Assembly: GCF_001194135.2 (NCBI RefSeq)
Contig: NC_068997.1
Location: forward strand, 56,828,596-56,892,595
DNA: 64,000 nt
Direction: 5' to 3'
Origin: Octopus bimaculoides
Taxonomy: Eukaryota
In this document: piece by piece, positions 41,831-54,800 of the stretch
Layout: each line of letters starts with the position of its first letter
How positions within the stretch are numbered: position 1 is the first letter of the stretch
Translations under genes and position numbers: made by a program
Notes under the pieces: model-generated
Database searches by the model: none
Told to the model about the DNA's origin: nothing
The model's input: the letters and a program-made list of their open reading frames with translations, nothing else

Positions 41831-43500
41831 TAACAGAATCTATTATTGTTTCATTAAATCCTATTTTACCAATTCTATTGAAGCTTATTTTTATTCGCAA
41901 ACTTTTGTAAAAAAAGAAATAGAAACCATCCTTATAATGTCAGTCAACGATGGACGTGAAGCATTTGAAAAGCACCAAAGGAAAAAGACTTTTGTATAGC
42001 GTTGCATCCTAATTGGAAGAACATTGAGAGGAAGTTTAACTTAATTATCGTGTGTCGAATTAAGTAACTACCGGTGACACACGAGGGTTGTCTATATAGT
42101 TCTGCTTATACATAGCTTACCAAAACCTTTGCAGTGATATCAATACCACTTTGACCTTAGGCAAAATATATCTAGGATTCAATTACCTAATGTACTCCGT
42201 CGATTATTTTAACAGTGTGGTGCAAATTTAGGGAAATGTGGAATTTTTCTTAAAACTAACCCATCGTATAGTGTTAACATGGTTGGTTGGTTGGTTTTGT
42301 CTTTACTGATTTAAACCTGAAATATGTGGTGTTGGTGTGATTTTAGCTTCGATTTCTAGCAGATGGTGCATCCATACAAATATTATCTTTATCACACATC
42401 TCTTATGCAGCCAAGTTGTGGCGCCAAACGTTACTCTGGAGGACTGGAAAAGTTAACTTCTTTGATTTTTTTTTATATGGACACCCGCATGCGCACGCTC
42501 GCACGGTCACACACATTAGAACACATAAAAACGCACACGCATACACACACACACACACACACACTTAGGTATTCATTTTGTAAAATCATTTGTCTCAATC
42601 CTTTATTTTTTTCACACTTTTGCTACGACTCAGCGATTATGTCTTGATGTGTTACTGCATTTTCTAAGTACATATGAAGCCTTAGACATTTAAGAGGAAG
42701 AAGAAATAAAGATGATATGATTTATGGCATTCTCTAGATCATTACCGGAATAAATGAACTGAGAATCGAAGTTAGATCTCACAATCTGATTGCTGGAAGC
42801 TTACCTTGCATAGTCTGTAGAACTCGCTAAAATATTATAAAAATAAAAATAAAAAACTCTCAGTTCTCGATTTCTTCCTGGTTTCACATTATTACTTATA
42901 TTATTTCGTTTATATTTCATTCACGTGATAAACTTATCGTTACAATCATTTTTCCTTCAACATCTCAAGCACTAAGCTGCTTATTAGATATGATTTACTG
43001 AAATAGATGTTGCTTTTCTTTTGTTTTGTTTTCCCCCTTTCGTATTTCTTCTATTCACGCTTCCATATAAATATATCCATGCGATATGAATATATTTCAT
43101 CTCTCCTTTGAAATTCTTCAATGATTAATGTATACATTTAATACTTTTCTTTCTGCCTTCAAATGTGTTTTATCTTACAATTATGGTACACAAGTTTGCA
43201 GCTGATTCGTATTTTGTTTGCTCGTTCCGCTGAGCTACGCTAGATCAGTAAGAAACTAAGATACTTCGTAAGACATCCTGGTAGAATCTCCGTCTTTTTC
43301 GACGATGAAAATTCAGTTCTCCGACCAAGTATATTACTAGACAGGAAATAAACGCATAAGCGGTTGTGCATATGCCAGGTACAAGCATACTTAATGTAAT
43401 TCTCAAACGAAACCGGCGTGATATATAGTGGCATAGATGTAACTTCGAATTAGATGCAAAATCTAAAGAGGGAGAGAAGAAGAGGGTGGAATGTAACGCA

Positions 43501-43632
43501 GGGAGAGAGGGAGAGAGAGACGAAGAGAGGGAGAGAGAGACGAAGAGAGGGAGAGAGAGAGACGAAGAGAGGGAGAGAGAGACGAAGAGAGGGAGAGAGA
43601 GAGACGAAGAGAGGGAGAGAGAGACGAAGAGA
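43501..43632. repeat. GA-rich minisatellite, unit CGAAGAGAGG(GA)5-6
   Basis: CGAAGA occurs at 43521, 43541, 43563, 43583, 43605 and 43625. Confidence 0.95.
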
Positions 43633-43835
43633 GAAGGCGTGAGGGGAAGAGAGAGGAAAGAGAGGAATGAAGTGAGCCCTATAGGATGATAGGTAAACTG
43701 ACTACGGCTGAAAATGAAATCGATCTGAAACAAAGCAATGGGTTTCATCAAATGTTCTAATGGTTCTGGCATTTAACTGTCCAGCAAAATATATCAATGA
43801 ATTCGACTTCCTCCACCACCACAATGACACAACAA

Positions 43836-44052
43836 TTCTTTCTACTGTAGCCACAAGGCAAAATATTTCGAAGGGAGAGGCCAGTCAATTTTATCGACCT
43901 GTATGCTTAACTGTTACGTATTTTATCGACCTCGGTAGCTTGAAAAGCAAAGTCTACCTTGCCGGAATTTCAACTCAGTGCGTATAGACGGACGAAATTA
44001 CGCTAAGCATTTTTACCGGCGTGCTAACGATTCTGCCAGCTCATCACCTTAA
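43836..44052 (-). mobile_element. Near-full-length SINE family B
   Basis: Minus strand aaggtgatgagctggcagaatcgttagcacgccgg...gagttgaaattcc...ggtcgataaaa...ccttgtggctacagtagaaag; it matches the copies at 31276 and 41712. Confidence 0.8.
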
Positions 44053-45582
44053 TAATATTACTATTTCTCTGTGACTGCCTTCTGAAGTTGTTTCTAAAAT
44101 ACACTCACTGGATTCCATAGAAATAAACCTATTATACATCCGTTATACAAATATAAATGTGATTTATTTACTCCTATGAGATGGAACTGATCTTGTGTAG
44201 TGACAACGCAATATTCTCAGACGCTGTGTAAGTTGTTGTCATAGAACAAAAAAATTTCCAGCGTTCTTTTTATAATTCCTTCCTTCCATAAATTTTCACA
44301 TTAAAGATATTTTTTGTAAATATTGTGTTTGTTTGGAATTATTTTTGAAAATTTATTAAAAAATACAGAAGAAAATCTATCTAAAACATCGTCATAGTTT
44401 GAATTGAGGAGTTTCCTTTGAACAGAAATTTTTTTTTAAATACGATAAAGAAATCCATGAATATTCTAAATGATAAAGTGTAGCTACGATAACCTTTTCA
44501 AAAATCTATTTCTAAAAGTAGCACCAAAATATTAAATTCTGAGATTGTTTTGAAATAAAGTAGAAGTTATCTCACTTGTAGTTCAAAAAATCATCAATAA
44601 TATCTGATATAGGTTTATTATTAGTTTGTTCGGCTTTCATGTCTGAATGCTACTAAATTATTGCGAAAGTATGGGGGACTGTGTCCTTTCTTTGTGTGAA
44701 AGGAGTTGAGAATAATGGGTAGAGAAAGACAGACATAAATGTGTGTGCGTGTGTGTAAGGAGATACACATAGACAGAAAGAGAGAGAGTGAGCAATATAT
44801 AGTGAGAGAAGCAGAGAGACAGAGAGGGAAAGCGAGCGATGGAGCGGGAGATTGGCAAGGAGGGATGGAAACGTAGAAAGAGGGGGCGTTCAATGATTTT
44901 AATGCATCAGTTAGCAACAAGTAACAGACAAAATAAAAATGATGTCGTAATGATATTTATAATAAATACGAGAATGTGCTAGAAAAGAAGAGAGTACTGT
45001 TTTTATTTTGAAATAAGATTGTAAGAGAGGAGACACTTTATGGATTTTGAGGCCACCCTGGTGCTATTAATACTGTTGATGTTCAACTTGATTATTAAAG
45101 TGATTGCGGTGGATGAATCAACGTGATGATTGTATGTAGTGGGCGTTTTAAAGTAGGTAAACGACGGGCTGGGATGGTGGTCACATAAAGTTGTACAAGT
45201 AGCGGAAAACGAAGAGAGAGAAGGAGAGAGAATTAGGTTGAGAAAGAGAGACATAACAGTGAACTCACTGTTTCCTCGTCGTTGTAATGGAATGGTGTGT
45301 GAGTGACTAATTCCTGGATTGAGTCTAGAATGATTGTTGGTGTAGGTTTGTAGTAAGAAGCACCGATGTAGGTATCTCCGTTGGGGATTTCACTTTTGCC
45401 TTGTAAGGGTCAACATGTAATTAAATCTGACATAACTATGACACCACTGAAAATGAGATCTGACTGTCCTGGTGGTGTTTTAGCAAAGTTTGAGCAGTAA
45501 ACTTTAACAATTGAGGCGATTACAGGGACATACATACATAAATATAGAAGCACACACGTACACCCGTGCGTGAGATCACATG

Positions 45583-45627
<45 letters not shown>

Positions 45628-46020
45628 TCGTTCACGCCCTACGCGCACAGACGCATAAATCGACAAACCACAGAAAATGGAATTAACGACCTTCTTTATT
45701 TAAAATCACCACAATTGTTTCGGTGCATTCTTGTACCTGTCGTCCATTGGTGAGATATTGTGCAGCCATTATCTTACAATTCAGTCGCAGAATGCGTGTA
45801 TTCCGGTGATTGTTTCAATAAGTGCTCGTTCGCTACTCAGAGCATTTCACTCAGTTTCATGATGAATGCCTAACATTCCAGCAATTCACAGAGAGAACTA
45901 AAATCATAGACTCAGTGAGAGACAGGGTCCACCCAAAATCAAAATACAGAGCACGTTGTTAAAAAAGTGGACAAATGAAAATAAAAATAAAATTATAAAT
46001 GACAAAAATAATAATTTCAG

Positions 46021-46132
46021 TTGACTATGGAAATATTACAGGAAATTTGTCACAGGGATGGACGGGCCGGTGTACTCTAACGGAAGACCGCCGGTTGTGG
46101 ATTATAGAAGGACCGGGAATTTCAGATTTAAG
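46021..46132 (+). CDS. Candidate coding exon of an unidentified host gene (MDGPVYSNGRPPVVDYRRTGNFRFK from ATG 46058; alternative frame DYGNITGNLSQGWTGRCTLTEDRRLWIIEGPGISDL)
   Basis: GC-rich island in AT-rich flanks. Acceptors tttcag| (46020) and tttgtcacag| (46055), donor AAG|GTAATT (46132/3), and good ATG context gggATGg. The neighbourhood is CpG-enriched. Confidence 0.5.
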
Positions 46133-47172
46133 GTAATTCATTTATTATGAACATTTTTGAAACAAAAGGGAAAAAAAAGGGAATTTTTTTTTTTTAAACT
46201 TTACTCGAGAAAATGTGTTCTTAAAACAGAATGAGAAAAAAAAGAAGAGAAAGACTGTCGAAATGTAACAACTCGATTAAGGGTCGAGTGGGCATTCCGC
46301 CTAATTGTATCACTTTTCATAATTCATTCGTTTCTTTTATTTTGACTTCTTTCCTCAAATTTCTGTTTTATAATTTTACTTCTCCGATTCTATGTTATGT
46401 CTCGTTATGTATTGTCTGTATGTGTGGTATTTGTCTTTCCGGGTTCGATGTTCGCCTTTTTGGGGTAATAAAACAAAAAAAAGAACCGTAATTGCTTATA
46501 ATCAATATCATGGCTATTTCGGAGATTTGAGCGAACCGCGATGCATTCTTAAATAACAATAGAAACTATGTATGATTTACAGCCTTAACTTGCTAAGATC
46601 CCCTCCTCGGCCTAATTTTACCACTAAAATATACAAAAATGGTTGAGTCCGTATACCTAATTCATGGTAACGGACATTGAATTTGTTCACAGCGTTCTTA
46701 GAACTAATGCTGTGTTTGTATTCATATAAAGTTGATATTTGGAGAAATAACTAATGTAAGCCGAGCTGCTTTGCAATTTGATTCTTCTTTTCCTGTTACC
46801 AAGCACATGCGTGTCAACAGGCCTGCTATTGTCAATTTTCACACATAAAAACATATTTTAAGGCAGCCAGATATGGCGGTTTCAATGTTTAATTAAACGA
46901 TATGGTGTTTCTGAAAAAGCTTCGCTGGTTATATTACAAATGTCATTCAACTCGAAACATAGAAGCCCTGTGCAGTCTCACTTTTCATTACTCGTGCATG
47001 TGCGTCCGCTTTTCAAATTGTTTAACATGTTTGCTTAACAATAATATATATTGAAGTTTATTGTTTCATGCTATTCTCTGGACTTATTAACAATCATACA
47101 TTTCCAGTAAAAGTGCCATTCGGTAACGGAATTGATTGGCGAAACAACAAATGAATAGGAAAAGAAGAGAAA

Positions 47173-47236
<64 letters not shown>

Positions 47237-48575
47237 CAAAGAGAGAGGGAAAAGGAGCGTGAGACTGAAATGTGAAACGTTTTATAACTGTTACTGTTTC
47301 CGATTGACGTTTACAACTGTTGCTGTGTTGTTGTTGTTATTGCTACTTTTAGTGTTGTTGTAGCTGTTATTCAGCCCTTGGTGAATCCTTGTCCAATCGA
47401 CCTATAACAGAAAGCATTTGATTCCTAACTATTCCGTAGAGAACTAGACTGTCTGGTGTAGCTTTTTCCTGTCTTTCAGGAGAAACGGTATGTGGTTACA
47501 TGACCTGTTAAAATTAGGATGCGCTGACCAATGCAGTTTGTTGCATACAATACTAGGGTGCAGCCAAAGCTAGTATAGGTTTCGATCATAGGTGCACTTA
47601 GGAAGAATCTACTTTAAGCTAAATAACACCAGCTATTGGACGCTTCGGGACCCGTTCAGAGAGTTGTATGGTAATCTAGTGCATCAAATTAAAGCTAATT
47701 CTTGAGTTCATCCAGAAATGAATTTGCAGACAAGTTTATTGCCGTGATCAGAAACGTGAGCAGTCTAAAGCTGCGTTCAACAAAAAGTAGAACGAAGATG
47801 CATGATATATCAGGTTGAAGTTAGCCAGGCAAACACTTCCTTTGTCTTCTTCCATCGACTTTGTTGAACGTATGTAGCACAAAAGTTTAGGTCCTCTATT
47901 ACTCATCGCAGCTGAACTAATCTGGAATCCCACCAACTCCATTTATTTTTGTTGACATCATCCATCGTTAAGAGTTTCTTGGATTTAAGAAAATTACCCG
48001 ACAGTCTTCAATGTAAATCACTCAATTGTAAATTTGAAGTAGCAACCTTTGATTTAGAGGGTATGAAAAATCCTGACTGTTGGTCTTTATAATGGAAACT
48101 TGAGTGGTTCTAACGAGTACCCTTGGTTTAAAGCATTCTATGAGATAACCGTTTTGATCGCATCCTCTTTGTTTTGCCCACCATTATTTGAGGCCATGAG
48201 AAAAATCATGAGACGATTTCCCATGCTCTGACAAGGTCCTTGAAACAACGAACTGTTTTACAAGCTCCTTCCTGAGAGCAGAAGGGCAATTATTTTTAAA
48301 TGGTATGACACACAGAGCAATAATTCTGGATACATGCAAATTACGAGTTGATCATTGAAGACATAGGTTTAAACTATAACAGCAACTTCCTGACCTTCGT
48401 GATCAAACAGTCTATGGTCTATACCAGTGTTTGGCTGAAGATTTCTATTGTGAGGAGATAACAACGTATGCAAAATCTGTGACAACCTAGCTGCGCTGGC
48501 AACAATAATGCAGCTTCTTTCGTTTTATACATGAAAAACCATTCCTTTTATCTTAATTGATGTTTTGTATTACAG

Positions 48576-48606
48576 TTGAAAACATTACTTTCCGGGTGGA
48601 ACGTTT
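48576..48606 (+). CDS. Candidate 31-nt microexon (LKTLLSGWNV + 1 nt)
   Basis: Acceptor tgttttgtattacag| and donor |GTAAGT. It is open when spliced to the MDGP...RFK frame. Confidence 0.4.
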
Positions 48607-49237
48607 GTAAGTCACGGGTTTAAATTTAAGATTAAAAGCATTTTCTCAGCTAAGAATTCCTCGACTCTGCTTTATAAAATTACACAGCCAACAAGAAATA
48701 AAAGACAAATCTCCTTCATATAATATATTACCGACTTAAAACAGAAAAGAAAGACAAGTCTGTAAGAAAACGATGGAGTAGAGTTTTGATCATAGCAACT
48801 TTGACTATGTCTCACCAAGGGTTAAACAACAACAACTTTTATAAGCAATATAACATTTGCTTTTTACTAAAAGATTGATCAAAATAAAATTGAAATAATT
48901 TCCCTTTGAAGTATGTTCAAAGGACTAATTAGTGTCCTATAATTAATCATTGCATACAAAGCTGTTGAAGAGAACATGATCAGCTGGAGTATAAAAGTGT
49001 GAGAGTTCGTCTGATGTTAGTAGTATGCCACATTATACAGGAATTATCCCTTGTAAGGATGCTTTCCTGTTATTAAAGAGATCAAATAAACAGAGGCGCA
49101 TACTTATACATTCTCACTAATCAGACGTTTTCTGTTTATATCAGAAGTAATCTATATTCAGCTGTTGCCTTAAAGACGGAAGCTAATTCATGTAATTATT
49201 CGACGAACAACTTGCTATCATATGCATATCTATAGTT

Positions 49238-49443
49238 TTATCTTTTATCTCCTTTACTTGTTTCGGTCATTAGATTGCGGCCATGCTGGGGCACCGCATT
49301 GAAGAATTTTAGTCGAACGAATCTACCCCAGTACTTATTTTTTAAAGCCGGGTACTTATTCCATCGCAATTTTTTGCTGAACCACTAAGTTACGGGGACG
49401 TTAACGTACCAACTCCGTTTGTTAAGCGGCAAACACACTCACG

Positions 49444-49524
<81 letters not shown>

Positions 49525-49681
49525 GCGTGTGCAATGGGCTTCTATAAGTTTTCGTCTACCACATCTACTCACAAAGCGTTGGTCGGTCTGACGCCACAGT
49601 AAAAGACACTTGCCCATGATGTCACACTGCAAGGCTGAATCCGGAACTATGTGGTTGGGAAGCATACTTCTTACCACGCCT
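49238..49681 (-). mobile_element. Near-full-length tRNA-derived SINE (family A) with central (CA)/(GT) tract
   Basis: Reverse complement matches 30715-31146 in both head and tail. Confidence 0.85.
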
Positions 49682-49690
49682 ATCTATCTA

Positions 49691-49729
<39 letters not shown>

Positions 49730-49999
49730 NNNNNNNNNNTAGGACTGCAAAAGAAATGCTCAAATATAAATGAGACAAAGATAAAGATACGCCATTTGCA
49801 ATAAGTCTTCTATCAAGTTCTCTTCGTAATGTATAGAAATAAAAGTAGATGTAATAAAATTGTTTTGCGTTACGGGGATTTGAAACCGGCGACGTTGAAT
49901 TTCTGCTAACTACAACCACCTGAGTGTTTAGCAATAGACTTTTTTGTTAGAAAATTTGGACTGGTCCGTTGGCGGAGTTTTCTTTAAAATTATATAAGC

Positions 50000-50330
50000 T
50001 TTACAAAAAAGTGTAAGTCTTTTCTTTAAAAAATTTTGATCTGTGTCTTCTGTTTCTTGTTTATCTTGATGAGTTGTGGGGTGTGGAGGTCATCGCCATG
50101 TTGCACTTTAGTGCAAATAAACTGCGGTGGTGAGCTCCCGAAATGGCCATAGATATAGGGGAATGTTGAATTAGGCTTGTGAAGTCTGCTCATTATGAAC
50201 TTTTGGATTTACCTGTGTGGAGGGAGTAAATAAAAGAATTTTTTCACGATGTATGTGGATTTTATCTTTGGAAATCTCTTTACTTACGAAGTTTGGACGT
50301 ACATGTATGAGGTAAGTAAAAGACTTTTTT
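50000..50330 (-). mobile_element. Possible Penelope-like post-RT linker relic
   Basis: Minus frame SKDKIHIHREKILLFTPSTQVNPKVH loosely resembles the R.IIWFNPP region of Penelope-like elements; the region has stops. Confidence 0.25.
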
Positions 50331-50757
50331 CAAATATATTTTCAAATATTTAAAAAAAAAAATTCTAAGTAAAAAAAGAATATTTAATCGTCTGATAAAA
50401 CTTTTTTAGTCGGTGGACATTTTTTTTATTTTCAGCTTTACTTATTTTATATTTGTCTATTAGGTTTTTTTTTTTGGTAGTTTTTGAATTTTTAGCCGTT
50501 TATATAATTAACATTTTTGATTGGCCGTTCTATTTGTATTTTATTCGATTATACACTTTTACTTTCTGTGATTTTTATGCATATGTATTATTTTTATACG
50601 TTTATGAACCATGGTGATATTTATATATGATTAAATGTTTGAGGGATTTGTGTTGTATGTAAAGTCGTTGACCCAAATTTAATCTTTGTTCTATAACCAA
50701 TGCTTAATAAACATATAATAAACATGGTTAATAAGCATATAAAAATAATAATCAATG

Positions 50758-50789
<32 letters not shown>

Positions 50790-50794
<5 letters not shown>

Positions 50795-51118
50795 CAAATT
50801 TGGGATTTTACCAATAGAACCGCGACTCCAATTTCGGGACCAGCCATTTACACAGGAATGAGGAGTATTCTTCCTTTGTAAATGTTTTTACTAGTTTTAT
50901 TCAATAAATTTATATCGTATAAAGTGGTTTTTACTAAATAATCTTTTTAAATACTATTAACTTACGTTTCACATTTAAGAAAATGGTAATTTATATTTGT
51001 ATAGATAGGGGTAAATCTTACACTAAATTATTAATTCCCGTAATGTTTATATAGACAAGTTGTAGGATTTGATGCGTTTATAATATAGTCGCTGAGGGTT
51101 TCTTTAGGTTTAGCATTT

Positions 51119-51153
<35 letters not shown>

Positions 51154-51582
51154 ATTCTAATTTAGGTGGCTAATTTTTTTAAATATATTTGTAATTTACA
51201 TATTTTAATATTTTTTATTCATATTCTTATTTTTCTATTTAATATGACCTATAATATGTATTTTAACTTTGAACCGTTAACAATAATAATAACAATATGA
51301 TAAATAGCGTGAGGACGCACTGGTGGATTTATGTATTAGGTATAGCTTTGATAACTACGTGTAGCGTTGATTTAAAATGTCTTCTTTTCTCCACAGACTA
51401 ATAACGGGTAAATTATACAGATGTTTTCAAATATTTTTTTCAAATTTTATTGTATTTTATAGTAGGTTTTTTAATTGCTTATATTATTTTATTGGATATA
51501 ACTTTCTATATGTATTCCACACAATAAGTTTATCCTGAAATAGGAGTTGCAGTTCTATTAGTAAAATCCCAAATTTGTAATA
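50790..51582. mobile_element. Element or element pair bounded by 50-bp inverted repeats
   Basis: 50790-50839 versus the reverse complement of 51533-51582: 45/50 identical. Internal (TA)n at 51121-51149. Confidence 0.7.
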
Positions 51583-54544
51583 ATATTACAAATGATACTG
51601 TTTACATTGCATTAGTAAAGTGTAAAATAGTAAAAGTCATGATAACCTGGAATACTTATTCCCTAAAATTTTAAAAAATATTCATATATATATATACCGA
51701 AACCTGAAATATTTCATTTGTTTTAACTGTGGGTGGTTCTATTTATCCCCTACCACCCCACTCAGTTTAGCAGATTCTGTTAAAAGAATCGGGTCAGGTC
51801 TCTTCATTGGGAGTATAACACCGCCCACCGACCCCTCAGAAGTCCTGTACGTTGACTTTCCTGATCTATTCTATGAAAGTCATAAAAGTGGTTATTAAAA
51901 TAAGTTTGAATATTAATGGAGTTGTGATCAACCGTTGTCTTACTTAAAAGAGAATTTCCCGCGAAAATGTCTACAGTCATATATTTCATGTGATAGAAGC
52001 TGAATACATGAAGCTTATTGTTCGTTGCTATAATAAAATGAAAGTATAATGTAATCTATTTTTCTTCAAAGTCAGACGTTTTGAGTGTTGTTGTATAAAT
52101 ATAAATATTTATCTGAATATTGAAACAGATGCTGTATATGTTAATAGCAATACTTCACTTAGAAGAGGAAAAAATCATGAATCTCATCTAATACTGTCAG
52201 TGAATATCTTATATAAGACAACACTATTTTCTTGTTTATACATTTGCCAATTGAAGAAGGAAAGAAAAATATATATTCACATCTCCCTCTCCATTTCCGT
52301 TTGTTTTATATCCTTACATATTTTACCCTGGAGTTGTTGGCTACCCTTTAACAGACGTAGTTTTCCATTGAAAAACCAATATTTTTACTGTGTCTGAAGG
52401 AAGCAAATAGATCTGTAGAACAGCCATTTTTAGCTAATTTATAATTCCACGATCCGTAATTAGGCTCGCGGAGTAACATATATCTGCTGTTACAAGCTCA
52501 ACTATTTCATGTCTTCACATTCGTTTACCTCAATTAAACTGAATTACGTGAATATTTCCTATGCAAAGGATATTTAATGTTTACTTTTATCAACGTCCTT
52601 GAATGAGACGTCTAGTAACCCAATATATAAGGATCGTATAGCCAAAACTACTGATTTTTTCTTTTATTTTTATTTATACATAGTTATTTTACTATAAATG
52701 CAAAAGAACACCACGGAGGAATCGAGGGATTACTGTGCTCAATACTGTCAAGAGGAATAGCCGAAATATAAAATCATTTTGAATTAGATGAAGGGGTGAC
52801 TTGTAATTGGAAGCCGAATTGGTATATGGCAAATGCAATGGCAGTTGCTGGGAAACTTGGGGTATTCAATGTATCGATATAGCCGTGATGGTTACCTGTT
52901 AAGTGTGAAATGAAGTTTCAATGAATACATATTGCGAACCCCTATTCTTTTGGCCTATTCAATCACAGCCTTGTCTTTTTCGAATGAAGTAATTACGTGA
53001 TGATAATTACACTGCTTGTTATCTTTGATTATTTACAATCTTTCGGGAGGGGTTTTGTCTGTTAATTTCAGGAAAAATAGTAAATAATAGAAGCATAGAT
53101 TTGATACGTCAAATTATATACCTGAAATTATAGTAAATTATAGTATGTGTATACACACACACACACACGCAAACAAACATACACATAAATATGAATATAC
53201 ACACACACTCTCAAACACATACGCATATAAATATGAATACACACACAGGTTCTCATCATGCAGCACTCTTCTTTCAATTATTTTTCGTTTTGATTATTCT
53301 TCATATCTTCAAGATCGATATAGTTACATTATTTCTATCTGTCCCTTTCCAGTATTCCCAGCTAATGTGAATACGATTCATTGATGAGTATTAACAAGTT
53401 CGAAACATCTCCTTTGCTTTTGCCGGTTCGCACAATGACAAGAGCTAATTCCGTCAGTTTTTATTTTGGTAAAATTTCAAATGTCTGTATTCTTTGTTAG
53501 ATTTTATATTTCAAACATGTCTAGAAGAATATTTTGTAATCTAATTACATAGGCAATCCCGCTTAATCAGTATATCTCAAATTACTGTACACATATGTAG
53601 AAGCGTGTCGACCCTATTAAGCTCTTTCTATGTCAATAAATCAATTTAATATATTCATCTCCAGCATCTGAAATCCTTCCCTTTGTTTATCTATGTATGG
53701 TTGATATACAGCATTAGATTTCTTATGAAGTACGGGAGAGATACACAGCATCTTATATAGTCACGCATTCTTAATGATAGTAATCATATATAGCATAGAT
53801 TGCGAAAATTCCTCATATATCTTGCTATTGTCTCCAAAGTGGAAATTACATACTGCAAGATGTAAATGTTAAGACAAGAAACATACGAGATCGTATATCT
53901 TGCATTTCCATACAAACGGGGAATATCTATTAAATCTAATTTATTGTTAGTTCAGTGAATGGTGAATACATGTTCATATTTCGAAATGAAGTGAAACGTG
54001 CAGATTGAAAGATTAAGTGTGAGAGAGACAATGATTATATCTACTAAATTAACATATTTTCTCCACAAACAGAATATTTTGCTCTCACAAAGGAGGTTAT
54101 GCCTAATTATTTGAATTGCTTTCTATAGCAGCCAAATTCCCCTCAAATACTGAGCTTAGATTTTAATGTACGATTGAAGAACTTTATAGCAGTCATGATG
54201 CTTGATAATTTGGTCGTATATTTCTTCTGATTCCGTTATCCTATAACCAACTGGAGTGCTTTGAGAGTAAGTAACCTCATCACACAGCTACGCTGATTTG
54301 TGGGATAAAAGATTGTTTGACATTGCATTTGTAGTAAAGTTAGAATATATTGTTTCTGTATTCCTCACGTGTAATCTTGGTGATGTGCAAGAAGGTTTCC
54401 GTGGTGATTATATATGTAATCTAAAAGAATCTGCTGCCATAAACAACTAGAGGACAATTTTGGGTCTTCGGTATGGTACGTAGAATTTTTAAGTGGATAG
54501 GAAAGTAATATAATTGAGGCTAAACTTAATTACTTCTGCTTAAG

Positions 54545-54800
54545 TTGTCAATACATAGAAATAATATGGATGATATAATGGAAATATCTGGGACACCATG
54601 TTTGATAAGAAATCGTTCTGAAAGAACATATCACAATGTGTTATATTTTATTTATCGTATCAGTCTTCACCTGATTCAATCTTTAATATTTAACATTTCG
54701 TTGATATTGAGGAGTTTTTATCCTTATTCCAGTATTTGTTGAATAACTATCAGCACGGTTAAGTGTCAGGAATTATTATTTTCGAGTGTCTCTTGTTTGC
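54545..54800 (-). mobile_element. Old LINE RT relic (domain 4 region)
   Basis: Minus frame LSERFLIKHGVPDISIISSILFLCID (cf. S..F.I..GVPQGSILSP.LF..YIDD), with a TGIRIK-like fragment upstream. Confidence 0.4.

Noticed and set aside
43486-43500. TGGAATGTAA, matching the start of miR-1
   Set aside because: Only 10 nt match and there is no hairpin. No other conserved miRNA, tRNA, rRNA or snRNA gene was recognised in the window.
45040-45126. Signal-peptide-like ORF MDFEATLVLLILLMFNLIIKVIAVDEST*
   Set aside because: It ends in a stop, and no donor joins it to the 46021 exon in an open frame. The hydrophobicity fits T-rich sequence bias.
47750-48500. Possible mariner or Penelope fragment (IIH..EFL, VATFDL)
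   Set aside because: Isolated short matches that point to different families.
50250-50317. Exon-like MYVDFIFGNLFTYEVWTYMYE ending GAG|GTAAGT
   Set aside because: No good acceptor, an in-frame stop just upstream, and it lies in probable transposon-derived sequence.
49750-51700. Mitochondrial insertion (NUMT), suggested by extreme AT and T-rich skew
   Set aside because: No mitochondrial gene, rRNA or tRNA motif found; repeat structure explains it better.
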